NCBI GenBank assembly: GCA_964591605.1
Contig: CAZQEN010000002.1
Span: 6,444-55,687, forward strand
From: an uncultured Planctomycetales bacterium
Lineage (GTDB): Bacteria; Planctomycetota; Phycisphaerae; UBA1845; PWPN01
DNA: 49,244 bases
Direction of reading: 5' to 3'
Part shown: positions 33,629-42,783 of the stretch, piece after piece
How the letters are laid out: every line of letters begins with the position of its first letter
Position numbering within the stretch: position 1 is the stretch's first letter
Notes under the pieces: generated by a model
What the model was told of the DNA's origin: nothing
What the model saw: the letters and a program-made list of their open reading frames with translations, nothing else
Databases searched by the model: none
Made by a program: the position numbers and the translations under genes

Positions 33629-34210
33629 CTACAACTGAATCCTGGTACCCAGGGCCTGGAGGAACTTCGCCAGCCAGGCGGGGTGGGCGGGCCAGGCGGG
33701 GGCGGTGACGAGGTTGCCGTCGACGTGGGCCTGGTCCATGGGCAGGTCGACGTATTTGCCGCCGGCGGCGGTCACGTCGGGACTGACGGCCGGGTAGGCG
33801 CTGCACGATCTGCCGCGCACGGCGTCGGCGGCGACGAGCAACTGCGCGGCGTGGCAGACGGCGGCGATGGGCTTGCCGCGTTCGGCGAAGTGGCGGACGG
33901 CGCGGATGACCTTCTCGTCGAGGCGCAGGTACTCGGGGGCCCGGCCGCCGGGCAGGACGAGGGCGTCGTAATCCTCGCCGATCGTCGTGGCAAACGTGGC
34001 GTTGAGCGTGAAGTTGTGGCCGGGCTTCTCGCTGTAGGTCTGGTCGCCCTCGAAGTCGTGGACAGCCGTGCGGACCTGTTCGCCGGCCCGTTTGCCGGGG
34101 CAGACGGCGTGAACGGTGTGGCCGACCATGAGCAGGGCCTGGAACGGGACCATGACTTCGTAGTCTTCGACGTAGTCGCCGACGATCATCAGGATCTTCT
34201 TTGCGGACAT
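33629..34210 (-). CDS. DJ-1/PfpI-family protein (class I glutamine amidotransferase-like)
   Basis: ATG at 34208-34210 (MSAKKILMIVGDYVEDYEVMVPFQ...). Nucleophile elbow AAVCHAAQ. ALVLPGGRAPEYL. Confidence 0.9.
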   Translation of the reverse strand: MSAKKILMIVGDYVEDYEVMVPFQALLMVGHTVHAVCPGKRAGEQVRTAVHDFEGDQTYSEKPGHNFTLNATFATTIGEDYDALVLPGGRAPEYLRLDEKVIRAVRHFAERGKPIAAVCHAAQLLVAADAVRGRSCSAYPAVSPDVTAAGGKYVDLPMDQAHVDGNLVTAPAWPAHPAWLAKFLQALGTRIQL

Positions 34211-34276
34211 GAGGCGAACTCCTTCGTGGCCGGATTCATTCAACGGGCATCACAGTACGATGCGGGCGGGTCCGGT

Positions 34277-37200
34277 TCAATGGCGGGGGTTTGACCGGTG
34301 GCCGTCGCCGCCGGAGGAGGCGAGGGCGGGCTGCGGTTCGGGCGGATCGAGACGGTCTTCGAGCAGGGAGGGGCGCTGCCGGCGGTGGACGCCGCGGATT
34401 CGCTCGCTGATGGTTTGGAGAACATAATAGAATACCGGGGTGAGGAAGATGCCCACGAAGGTGACGCCGATCATGCCGGTGAAGACGGCGATGCCCATGC
34501 GCTGGCGCATCTCGGCGCCGGCGCCCCTGGCCATGACCAGCGGAAGCACGCCGAGGATGAAGGCCAGCGAGGTCATCAGGATCGGGCGGAGGCGCAGGCG
34601 GGCGGCCTCGACGGCGGCGTCGCGCGGCGAGAGGCCGTGCTCGCGCTGCTGCTTGGCGAACTCGATGATGAGCACGGCGTTCTTGGCGGCCAGGCCGGCG
34701 AGCACGACGAAGCCGATCTGCACGAAGAGGTCGTTGTCGAAGCCCTTGATCCATACGCCGATGAGGGCAAAGAGGATGCTCAGCGGGACGATGAGGATGA
34801 TCCCGAGGGGCAACGTGAAGCTCTCGTACTCGGCCGAGTGGGTCAGGAAGACGAACAGCACGCAGAGGGGGAAGATGAACAGGGCGGTGTTGCCCGAGAG
34901 GATCTGGATGTAGGTCATGTCGGTCCACTCATAGGCGATGCCGGGGGCGAGCTGGCGGGAGGCGAGGTCCTGCATGATGTCGATCACCTGGCCGGAGCTG
35001 TAGCCCGGAGCGCTCGAGCCATAGACCGGCGCGGCCGGATAGAGGTTATACCGGGTAATGGAGAGCGGGCCGCTGATCTCCTCGACGCGGGCGACGGCCC
35101 CGAGGGGGACCATGCCCCAGTCCTTGTTGCGGACCTTGAGCTGGCGGACGATGTCGGGACTGGTGCGGAAGGGCCCGTCAGCCTGCACGTTGACCTGCCA
35201 GGTGCGGCCGAACCTGTTGAAATCGTTGACATAGAAGCCGCCGAGGGCGACCTGCAGCGTATTGAACACGTCGCTGAGCTCGACGCCCATGGTCTTGACC
35301 TTGGTACGGTCGATGTCGATGTAGAGCTGGGGGGTGTTGGCGCGGAAGCTGCTGAAGAGCCCGGCGACGCCGGGCTGGTGGCGCGACTGCTCGACCAGGT
35401 TTTCGGCCTGGGCCTGCAGCAGGTCGAGCCCGTGGGATCCGCGATCCTCGATCATGATGCGAAATCCGCCGGTGGTGCCGATGCCGTTGACGGGGGGCGG
35501 GGCGAACACGGGAATGATGGCCTCGTCGATCTGCCGGGCCAGCTCCGTACGGAGGCGGTTTGCAATCGCCTCTCCGTAGAGGTCCGGGTGGTGGCGATGG
35601 TGGAACTCGTCGAGGATGATGAACATCGAGGCGAGATTCGGGCCGTTGGTGCCGAGCACAAACGACATGCCTGAGATGCCGACAAAGTGCTTGACGCCGG
35701 GGGTGGCCAGCACGATCTGACCGACCCGCCGGACGACGTCCTGGGTGCGCTGGAGCGAGGCGGCGTCGGGCAACTGGATGCTGGCGATGAGGTAGCCCTT
35801 GTCCTGGCCGGGGATGAAGCCGATGGGCGTATTCATGAGACCCCAGCCGGTGGCGCCCAGCAGGCCGATGTAGACCAGCAGCGAGAGGACGAACCCGCGC
35901 ACGCAATGGCGGACCATGCGGCCGTAGACGTGGTTGCTCCAGGTGAAGGTGCGGTTGAACCCGCGGAAGAACCAGCCGAACAGAAAGCTCAGGAGCCGCG
36001 AGAGCAGATCGGTGCGGGCGCGATGCGGTTTGAGCAGCAGGGCCGTGAGAGCCGGGCTGAGGGTGAGCGAGTTGAACGCGGAAATCAGGGTGGCCGTCGC
36101 GATGGTCAGGGCGAACTGCCGGTAGAACTGGCCGGTGATGCCGGCGATGAAGGCGGTGGGGATGAAGACGGCGCTCAGGCCGAAGGCGATGGCGATGACG
36201 GCGACGGTGACCTCCTCCATTGCCTTGTAAGAGGCTTCCCGTGGGGAGAGGCCCTTCTCGATCCACCGCTCCACATTCTCGACCACGACGATCGCGTCGT
36301 CGACCACGATGCCGATGGCCAGGACCAGGCCAAAGAGCGTCAGGTTGTTGAGCGAGAAGCCCAGGACGGACATCACGGCGAAGGTGCCGATGAGCGAGAC
36401 GGGCACGGCGATGAGCGGGATGAGCGTGGTGCGCCAGTTCTGCAGGAACACGAGCACGACGAGGGCGACGAGAATGAATGCCTCACCCAGGGTCTTGACG
36501 ACCTCCCGGATGGACTCGCGGATGAAGGGCGTAGTGTCGTAGACGATGTCGTAGTTGACTCCGGAGGGGAACCGCCGGCTGAGCTCCTTGACCTTGGCGC
36601 GGACGCGGTCGGCGGTGGCCAGGGCGTTCGAGCCGGGGATCTGGAAGATGGCCACGCCCGCCGAGGGGTTGCCGTCGAGCATGCTGCTCTGATCCTGGCT
36701 CTGGGCGCCGAGCTCGACGCGGGCGACGTCCTTGACGCGGGTGATCTGCCCTTCGGAGCCGGTCTTGAGCACGATGTTGGCGAACTGCTCGGCGTCTGAG
36801 AGCCGGCCGAGGGTGGTCAGGGTGTACTGGAAGACCTGCCCGGCGGGGATGGGCGGCTGGCCGATCTGGCCGGCGGCGACCTGCACGTTCTGCTCGCGGA
36901 GCGCATTGACGACGTCGAGCATGGTCAGATCGCGGGCGCTGAGTTGGTCGGGATCGAGCCAGATCCGCATGCTGTAGGCCTGCTGGCCGAAAATGATCAC
37001 CTCGCCGACGCCGTCGAGCCGGGCGAGCTCGTCGCGGACCTGGAGCGTGGCATAGTTGCTCAGGTAGAGCTGGTCCCGCGACTTGTCGGGCGAGAAGAGG
37101 TTGACGACCAGCAGGATGTCGGGCGAGCGCTTCTTCACGGTGACGCCGGTGGCCCGAACGATGTCGGGGAGCGTGGGGAGAGCCAGAGCGACGCGGTTCT

Positions 37201-37525
37201 GCACCAGCACCTGGGCCATGTCGAGGTTGACGCCGAGCTTGAAGGTGACGGTGAGCGTGTAGCTCCCGTCGTTCCCGCTCGAGCTCGACATGTACATCAT
37301 GTTCTCGACGCCGTTGACCTGCTGCTCGATGGGGGCTCCGACGGTGTCAGCGACGGTCTGGGCACTGGCGCCGGGATAGACGCAGGTGACCTGCACGTTC
37401 GGCGGGGTGATCTCGGGGTACTGCGCGATGGGCAGGTAGACGAGGGCCACGCCGCCGGCGATGGTGATGACGATGGAGAGCACCGACGCGAAGATCGGCC
37501 GATCGATGAAGAATCTCGAAATCAT
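34277..37525 (-). CDS. RND efflux transporter permease (HAE1/AcrB family)
   Basis: ATG at 37523-37525 gives MISRFFIDRPIFASVLSIVITIAG. About 1082 aa with a 12-TM / two-large-loop layout and conserved GLVLAIGIVVDDAIVVVEN. Confidence 0.95.
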   Translation of the reverse strand: MISRFFIDRPIFASVLSIVITIAGGVALVYLPIAQYPEITPPNVQVTCVYPGASAQTVADTVGAPIEQQVNGVENMMYMSSSSGNDGSYTLTVTFKLGVNLDMAQVLVQNRVALALPTLPDIVRATGVTVKKRSPDILLVVNLFSPDKSRDQLYLSNYATLQVRDELARLDGVGEVIIFGQQAYSMRIWLDPDQLSARDLTMLDVVNALREQNVQVAAGQIGQPPIPAGQVFQYTLTTLGRLSDAEQFANIVLKTGSEGQITRVKDVARVELGAQSQDQSSMLDGNPSAGVAIFQIPGSNALATADRVRAKVKELSRRFPSGVNYDIVYDTTPFIRESIREVVKTLGEAFILVALVVLVFLQNWRTTLIPLIAVPVSLIGTFAVMSVLGFSLNNLTLFGLVLAIGIVVDDAIVVVENVERWIEKGLSPREASYKAMEEVTVAVIAIAFGLSAVFIPTAFIAGITGQFYRQFALTIATATLISAFNSLTLSPALTALLLKPHRARTDLLSRLLSFLFGWFFRGFNRTFTWSNHVYGRMVRHCVRGFVLSLLVYIGLLGATGWGLMNTPIGFIPGQDKGYLIASIQLPDAASLQRTQDVVRRVGQIVLATPGVKHFVGISGMSFVLGTNGPNLASMFIILDEFHHRHHPDLYGEAIANRLRTELARQIDEAIIPVFAPPPVNGIGTTGGFRIMIEDRGSHGLDLLQAQAENLVEQSRHQPGVAGLFSSFRANTPQLYIDIDRTKVKTMGVELSDVFNTLQVALGGFYVNDFNRFGRTWQVNVQADGPFRTSPDIVRQLKVRNKDWGMVPLGAVARVEEISGPLSITRYNLYPAAPVYGSSAPGYSSGQVIDIMQDLASRQLAPGIAYEWTDMTYIQILSGNTALFIFPLCVLFVFLTHSAEYESFTLPLGIILIVPLSILFALIGVWIKGFDNDLFVQIGFVVLAGLAAKNAVLIIEFAKQQREHGLSPRDAAVEAARLRLRPILMTSLAFILGVLPLVMARGAGAEMRQRMGIAVFTGMIGVTFVGIFLTPVFYYVLQTISERIRGVHRRQRPSLLEDRLDPPEPQPALASSGGDGHRSNPRH

Positions 37526-37535
37526 GGCCGGTTCT

Positions 37536-38744
37536 TTAGTCTCCGATTCCCAGGGCGACGGCCGGCGCGGTCTGCGCGGGCTGCGTGTCAAGCGAGGAGG
37601 TCCGGCGCGGCTCGACGACCAGGCCGGGCCGGACGCGCTGAAGCCCGTGCGTGATGACCCACTCGTGCGGACTCAGGCCCTTTTCAATGACGCGCAGGCC
37701 ATCGTGCAGTGAGCCCATCTTGACGCTGCGGTGCTCGACGACGTTCTTCTCATCGACCACCAGGAGATAGCGCTGTCCCTGGTCGGAGCCGAGGGCCCGC
37801 TCGGGGACGAGGACGGCGGTGTAAGGCACGCCGATCTGGAGGCGAATCCGGGCGAACATGCCGGGCGAAAGCATCCGGACGATGCCGGTGCCCTTGTTGT
37901 CGAAGATGGCGCGGACGGTGAGAGTACCAGTTTCCGGATCGAGGCGGTTCTCGACGAAGTCGATACGGCCCTTCATCGGGAAACCCTCGTCGCTGGCCAG
38001 ACCCAGATAGACGGGAATCGTGGTCTCCTGGTAGTTCTTCATCTCCCCCTGAAGGATGCTGGAGCGCACGCGCAGGACCGTCTGCTCGTCAACGTTGAAA
38101 TAGGCATAGATGGGGTCGAGGGTGACGATCCGGGTCAGCAGCGTGGGCTGGCCCTGGCCGCCGATGACGAGATTGCCCACATCGACGTAGTTGCGGCTGA
38201 CGCGTCCGCTGACGGGGGCCTTGACGGTGGAGTAGTCGAGGTCGAGCTGGGCCTGCTCGACAGCGGCCTGGGCGGCCTGGACGGCGGCGCGTGCGGCGTC
38301 GCGCTGGGCGAGGGCGCGGTCGGTTTCGATGGGTGAGGCGGCCTGGGTTTTGAGAAGCTCAGTGAGTCGCGAGGCCTCGATTTCGCGCTCCCGCAGGGCG
38401 GCCTGGGCCTGGGCGAGCTGAGCCTTCGCCTGATCGAGGTTCGCCTGGAACGGCCGGGGGTCGATCTGAAAGAGGACGTCGCCCTCCTTCACGTCGGCGC
38501 CCGGCTGGAAAAAGATCCTGTCGAGGTATCCGCCGACGCGCGCCCGGATGTCGACGCTTTTGAGGGCTTCGACGCGGCCGGGGAATTCATCGTAGTCGGT
38601 GACTTCGCGGACGACCGGCTGGGCCACGGTGACCACCGGCGGCGGGGGCGGCACGGCGGCGGGAGTTTTCCGGGCGCAGCCGCTGAGCATGAATATCGCC
38701 GTGCCGACAACGACGGCACCGGCCCTCTGTGAGCGCTTGGTCAT
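37536..38744 (-). CDS. RND efflux periplasmic adaptor (membrane-fusion lipoprotein, AcrA/MexA-like)
   Basis: ATG at 38742-38744 gives MTKRSQRAGAVVVGTAIFMLSGCARK (lipobox LSGC). Lipoyl-like motif GDVLFQIDPRPF, coiled-coil, beta-barrel. Ends 10 bp upstream of the RND gene. Confidence 0.9.
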   Translation of the reverse strand: MTKRSQRAGAVVVGTAIFMLSGCARKTPAAVPPPPPVVTVAQPVVREVTDYDEFPGRVEALKSVDIRARVGGYLDRIFFQPGADVKEGDVLFQIDPRPFQANLDQAKAQLAQAQAALREREIEASRLTELLKTQAASPIETDRALAQRDAARAAVQAAQAAVEQAQLDLDYSTVKAPVSGRVSRNYVDVGNLVIGGQGQPTLLTRIVTLDPIYAYFNVDEQTVLRVRSSILQGEMKNYQETTIPVYLGLASDEGFPMKGRIDFVENRLDPETGTLTVRAIFDNKGTGIVRMLSPGMFARIRLQIGVPYTAVLVPERALGSDQGQRYLLVVDEKNVVEHRSVKMGSLHDGLRVIEKGLSPHEWVITHGLQRVRPGLVVEPRRTSSLDTQPAQTAPAVALGIGD

Positions 38745-38996
38745 GAGACGTCTTCTCGCTGGCTCCTCAGGCAACCCCGGCAAGCCCATCGGCGGTGAAA
38801 TCCTGGTGCGGCGGGCACGCGGCACGTCAACCCGAGCAGGAAAGCCCCAGCCACGGGGCGAGGGGGAGGTCCCCCACGGCGGGCATGGGGCCCGCCGCCC
38901 CGGTGCAATCCGAACAGCCGGCGGATTATAGCGGCTGATCAGCGGGGATGCGGTATCGGCGCGTCAACGCGCCGGGGGCTGGGTTAGAATGCCGGC

Positions 38997-40028
38997 ATGG
39001 ATCGGCAGATCGATCAAGCTGGGCTGTCCGGTTTCCACCGCCGCCGCAAGGTTGGGCGACGATTCATCGTCGGAGTGGTCCTCGTCGGCTGTCTGGTCCT
39101 GGCCGGCGGCCTGAGCCTGCCCTATTGGCTCGCGCGAGCGATCGTGGCGGCGCCGAATCGAGGCAGGTTGCTGGTGGCGGTTGAACGGGTGGACCGGTCG
39201 GAGCTGGCGCGGATGGAGGTTGAGCGCGAGATTCGCGTGACGGTTGGACCGCCGGACGCGTCACTCTCGATGTGGGTCATGGCCCCTCCCCACGTGAGCA
39301 CTCGGCCGGATGGTCAGGGTGGGATGGCGACGGTGCTGGTCCTCCACGGAATGGGCGACAGCAAGCGATCGATGGTGTCGGTTGGGAAGATGCTGATGGG
39401 ACTCGGGTACCGCGCCGTGCTGATCGATCTGCGCGGGCAGGGCAGCTCGACCGGGAACTGGCTGACGTACGGGGTTCGAGAGTCGGCCGATCTCGTGCAG
39501 GTTCTGGATGCATTGACCCGCGACGGCTTCGTGGACGGGGCCGTCGGCGTGTATGGCGCTTCGTATGGTGCGGCGACGGCGATCCAGCTCGCGGGGCGTG
39601 ATGTGCGGGTGCGGGCGGTGGTGGCGGTGGCGCCGTTCGCACGGATGCGGGATGTCGTGCCGGTTTCGGTGCGGCATTATCTTCCGGGCGGGCGGTTTCT
39701 TCCGGATGGGCTGATCCATCGGGCGATCGACCGGGCGGGAGCGATGGCCGGGTTTCAGCCCGATGAAGCAGAGCCGGTGTCCGCCCTGGGCAGGACCTCG
39801 GCGGGGGTTCTGCTGATCCATGGTCGCCGTGATGCCAGGATCCCGGTTTCGCAAAGCGAACTGCTCGCGCAGGCCGCCGGGGACCGCGCGCGGTTGATCG
39901 TTCTCGAAGAAGAGGATCATGACTCGATCATGCGGGACCGCTCGGGGGTGATTGCGCGGGAGACGGCCGCGTGGTTTGGCGAACATCTGAAGGGCCAGTT
40001 CACGGAGATCACTGTTCCTGGCCATTGA
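38997..40028 (+). CDS. membrane-anchored alpha/beta hydrolase
   Basis: N-terminal TM helix. VLVLHGMGDS, nucleophile elbow GASYG, LLIHGRRDARIP, EEEDHDS (Ser-Asp-His layout). Confidence 0.8.
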   Translation: MDRQIDQAGLSGFHRRRKVGRRFIVGVVLVGCLVLAGGLSLPYWLARAIVAAPNRGRLLVAVERVDRSELARMEVEREIRVTVGPPDASLSMWVMAPPHVSTRPDGQGGMATVLVLHGMGDSKRSMVSVGKMLMGLGYRAVLIDLRGQGSSTGNWLTYGVRESADLVQVLDALTRDGFVDGAVGVYGASYGAATAIQLAGRDVRVRAVVAVAPFARMRDVVPVSVRHYLPGGRFLPDGLIHRAIDRAGAMAGFQPDEAEPVSALGRTSAGVLLIHGRRDARIPVSQSELLAQAAGDRARLIVLEEEDHDSIMRDRSGVIARETAAWFGEHLKGQFTEITVPGH

Positions 40029-40085
40029 GTCTGACCGCATCCACGAGGGGGACGTCATCCGGTCGCGGGAAGGTCCGGCGTTGTG

Positions 40086-40188
40086 GCGTGCAAGGCCCCT
40101 CACCCTTGACTCGCCAGGAACGCATTCGCGTTCAAGAGCGGCGAAGCCGCCTGGCGTGTCAAGGGTCACTGACGATTGGGGTTCTGAT
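40086..40188. repeat. rearranged copy of the MITE-like element: right end only, split by the 63-bp inner palindrome in inverted orientation
   Basis: GCGTGCAAGGCCCCTCAC + CCTTGACTCGCCAGGAACGCATTCGCGTTCAAGAGCGGCGAAGCCGCCTGGCGTGTCAAGGG + TCACTGACGATTGGGGTTCTGAT. No left ATCAGAACCC end is present. Confidence 0.7.
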
Positions 40189-40370
40189 GATGGGGGGGCC
40201 GGAAGTGTCAGGGCCCTGGTTCGTGACCGGCGCGGGAAAGCCGTCGACTTGGGATGCCGGGCAAGGTAAGCTGGAGTCGGATCTTGAGGCGGCATCATGT
40301 GTGTGTCCCCCCACATGCGAGTTCAACCGCGCGTTCTTCGTCTGCGTCTCATCAGACAGGAGTTGGCATC

Positions 40371-41450
40371 ATGACGCCCACAGAGCGCTCACGTCGCGAT
40401 TTGCTGAAGGCCACCACCATGGCTGCGGCCGCATCGGCGTTGCCGCCGGCGGCCGGGGCCGCCCTGACTGAATCGCGGCCGAGCGCGACTCAGCCGAGCG
40501 CGAGCATCCGCAACTACCACCCGAAGATGGGCTACCGGCGGCTGGGCAAGACCGAGGCGTTTCTCTCGGAGATCAGCCTCGGCGGGCACGGCGGCAAGAC
40601 GCCGGAAGACCGCATCCCCGTGCTGGCGAAGGCGGCCGAACTCGGTATCAACTACCTGGATACGAACATCGTCGAAGAGGTGGCGATGTATGCGCAGGCG
40701 TTCAAGACGCTCGGGCGCGGCATCCGCGAACGGTTTCACATCGGTTTTGCCTCGTGGCCTGAGAAGCTCACGTCGGAGTATGAGTCGGAGCTGTCGCGCG
40801 AGCGGTTCGCCCGCGAGATCAACAACCGGCTCAAGGCATTCGGCGTCGAGCAGCTCTCGCTGTGGCGGCCGGTCGGGGCGACGTGGGGCGAGGGGCAGCT
40901 CAAGCAGGAGACGATGTACGACGTGAGCCCGCGCGTGCTCGACATGGTGGTTGAGACGTTCGAGAAGGCGCATGCCCAGGGCAAAGTGCGGTGGCTGGGC
41001 GTCTCGGCGCACAATCCGAAGGTGTTCCGGCGGGTGCTGAACGAATATCCACAGTTCTCGGTGATCCTGTTTCCGTACATGTTCCTCACGAAGCCGTATC
41101 AGGGCGACAGTCTGCTGGCTCTGGCGCGTCAGAAGGACGTGGGCGTGATCGCCATCAAGCCGTTCGCGGCGGGGACAGTGTTCGCGCAGAAGCCGGCGAT
41201 GATCACGGGGAACCTCGACACGCGGGCATCGGTCCTGCTGCGGCGGATGCTGCGGGAACAGCGCGTGACGGCCATCATCCCCGGCGTGCACACGCCCGAG
41301 CAGCTTGCCGAGAACGTGAAGGCCTCGCACGAGCGCGCCACGCCGGAAGACGAGCAGGCCGAGCAGACGCTGCTGCGCGAGTGCATCGAGAACTTTCACG
41401 CGCACCTCACACCGGAGTACCGGTGGCTGCACCGGTGGGAGATGGTGTGA
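40371..41450 (+). CDS. Tat-signal aldo/keto reductase family oxidoreductase
   Basis: ATG 40371 follows ACAGGAG. MTPTERSRRDLLKATTMAAAASA (twin-arginine signal). AKR-like GINYLDT, GVSAHNP, IPGV..PEQLAEN. Confidence 0.75.
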   Translation: MTPTERSRRDLLKATTMAAAASALPPAAGAALTESRPSATQPSASIRNYHPKMGYRRLGKTEAFLSEISLGGHGGKTPEDRIPVLAKAAELGINYLDTNIVEEVAMYAQAFKTLGRGIRERFHIGFASWPEKLTSEYESELSRERFAREINNRLKAFGVEQLSLWRPVGATWGEGQLKQETMYDVSPRVLDMVVETFEKAHAQGKVRWLGVSAHNPKVFRRVLNEYPQFSVILFPYMFLTKPYQGDSLLALARQKDVGVIAIKPFAAGTVFAQKPAMITGNLDTRASVLLRRMLREQRVTAIIPGVHTPEQLAENVKASHERATPEDEQAEQTLLRECIENFHAHLTPEYRWLHRWEMV

Positions 41451-41560
41451 GTGGCATGCCGTAACGTCGGGCCTCCGTGGCCGACGACGCAACCTGACTT
41501 CGCCGGGCACAGAGGCCCGGCGCTACAGATGGTATTCCTTTCGTTGTTGCCGCCCTCGCA

Positions 41561-42574
41561 TCAGGCGACCTGGAGGGTGGACCGTTCCTGCGCGGCGGCG
41601 AGTTCAGCGTGGAGCAACTCGATGCAGGCGTGGTAGTCGGCGGGCGTCTGGATGAAGCGGATGCGCTCGCGGAACTGCGGGCAGGGCGGCAACTTCCTGA
41701 TGTACCAGCTCGCACGCTGGCGGAACGCGATGCAGGCCAGACGCTCGCCGCGGATACGCTGCAGGTGGGCGAAATGCACGTTCATGAGGGTGATGCGCTC
41801 GGCGGGCGCGGGCGGCGATGGGATGCGGCCCGTCGTCAGGTACGCGTGCGTATCGCGGAAGATCCAGGGGTCGCTCAGGGCGGCCCGGCCGATCATGACG
41901 CCGCGGCAGCCGGTGTGATCGAGCATCCGCTTCGCGTCGTGCGGGTGGCAGATGTCGCCATTGCCAATGACCGGGATTCGTTTCACCGCTTCGACAACGC
42001 GGGCGATGCCGTCGAGGCTGGCCTTGCCGCTGAACTTCTGAGCGGCGGTGCGGCCATGGATGGTCACGCCCGCCACCCCCACGTCTTCGAGCACGGCCGC
42101 GAGCTGTGGGGCGACGATGTGGTCGTGGTCCCAGCCGAGGCGCATCTTGACCGTCACGGGTACCTTGACGGCGCGAACGACCTTTTCCGCGAGCCCCGCC
42201 GCCACCGCCGGGTTCCGCAGCAGCGCTGAGCCGCCGTTCTTCTTGCATACCTTGTCCACCGGGCAGCCCATGTTGATGTCGATGACGGCGGCGCCGTTCT
42301 CCTCGCACCACTGGGCGGCATTGGCCATCTCGTCGGGCTCGTGGCCGTAGAGCTGGATGCACAGCGGCCGGTCGGCCGGCTCGGTTTCGACGAGTTCCAT
42401 GCTCTTGCGCGTCTGTCGCAGCAGCCCCCGCGGGTTGATCAGATCGCTGCTCGCCAGCCCCAGCCCCCCGAGCGGGCGCACGGTGAGGCGGAACGCCAGA
42501 TCGCAATAGCCGGCGATCGGGGAGAGGAGCAGGCTGCTGGAGAGTTCGACGGGTCCCAGGTGGAGCGGCATCAT
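41561..42574 (-). CDS. dus: tRNA-dihydrouridine synthase
   Basis: 337 aa. LSPIAGYCDLAFR, IDINMGCPVDKVCKKNGGSALL (catalytic Cys), TIHGRTAAQKFSGKA, NGDI. Confidence 0.9.
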   Translation of the reverse strand: MMPLHLGPVELSSSLLLSPIAGYCDLAFRLTVRPLGGLGLASSDLINPRGLLRQTRKSMELVETEPADRPLCIQLYGHEPDEMANAAQWCEENGAAVIDINMGCPVDKVCKKNGGSALLRNPAVAAGLAEKVVRAVKVPVTVKMRLGWDHDHIVAPQLAAVLEDVGVAGVTIHGRTAAQKFSGKASLDGIARVVEAVKRIPVIGNGDICHPHDAKRMLDHTGCRGVMIGRAALSDPWIFRDTHAYLTTGRIPSPPAPAERITLMNVHFAHLQRIRGERLACIAFRQRASWYIRKLPPCPQFRERIRFIQTPADYHACIELLHAELAAAQERSTLQVA

Positions 42575-42615
42575 CGTATCTTAGACTCTTAGAACCACGG
42601 AATCCGAAGCCCTGA

Positions 42616-42776
42616 AATGCCTAATGACTAAGCCCCAATGTCTAATGAAGCACCAATAACTGAATTCCTAATGCCTCAGGGCGGCGGGGTCGTTGCGGCG
42701 GTCGGACATTCAGGCATTGGGTCATTGGGCATTCTTTAGACATTTAGTCATTAGACATTCGTCATTCATTCGTCAT
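42616..42776. repeat. low-GC inverted heptamer-array island around a GC-rich core
   Basis: The left arm is AATGCCT AATGACT AAGCCCC AATGTCT AATGAAG (42616-42650). The core is GGGCGGCGGGGTCGTTGCGGCGGTCGG. The right arm holds the complementary words ...GGCATT GGGTCATT GGGCATT ... TAGTCATT AGACATT CGTCATT. By hand count, about 47% G+C over 42581-42780. Confidence 0.75.
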
Positions 42777-42783
42777 CGATGCG

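Noticed and set aside
34277-38744. RND pump plus adaptor as an unusual system (no outer-membrane factor or regulator adjacent)
   Set aside because: Two-gene RND/MFP units with the outer-membrane factor encoded elsewhere are commonplace. Nothing atypical is visible in the sequences.
38958-38990. Possible operator palindrome GGCGCGT-CA-ACGCGCC (38958-38973) and a TAGAAT -10-like box (38985-38990), 6 nt before the hydrolase ATG, hinting at a leaderless transcript
   Set aside because: It is a single short motif with no recognisable -35 element and no nearby regulator gene. It cannot be supported from sequence alone.
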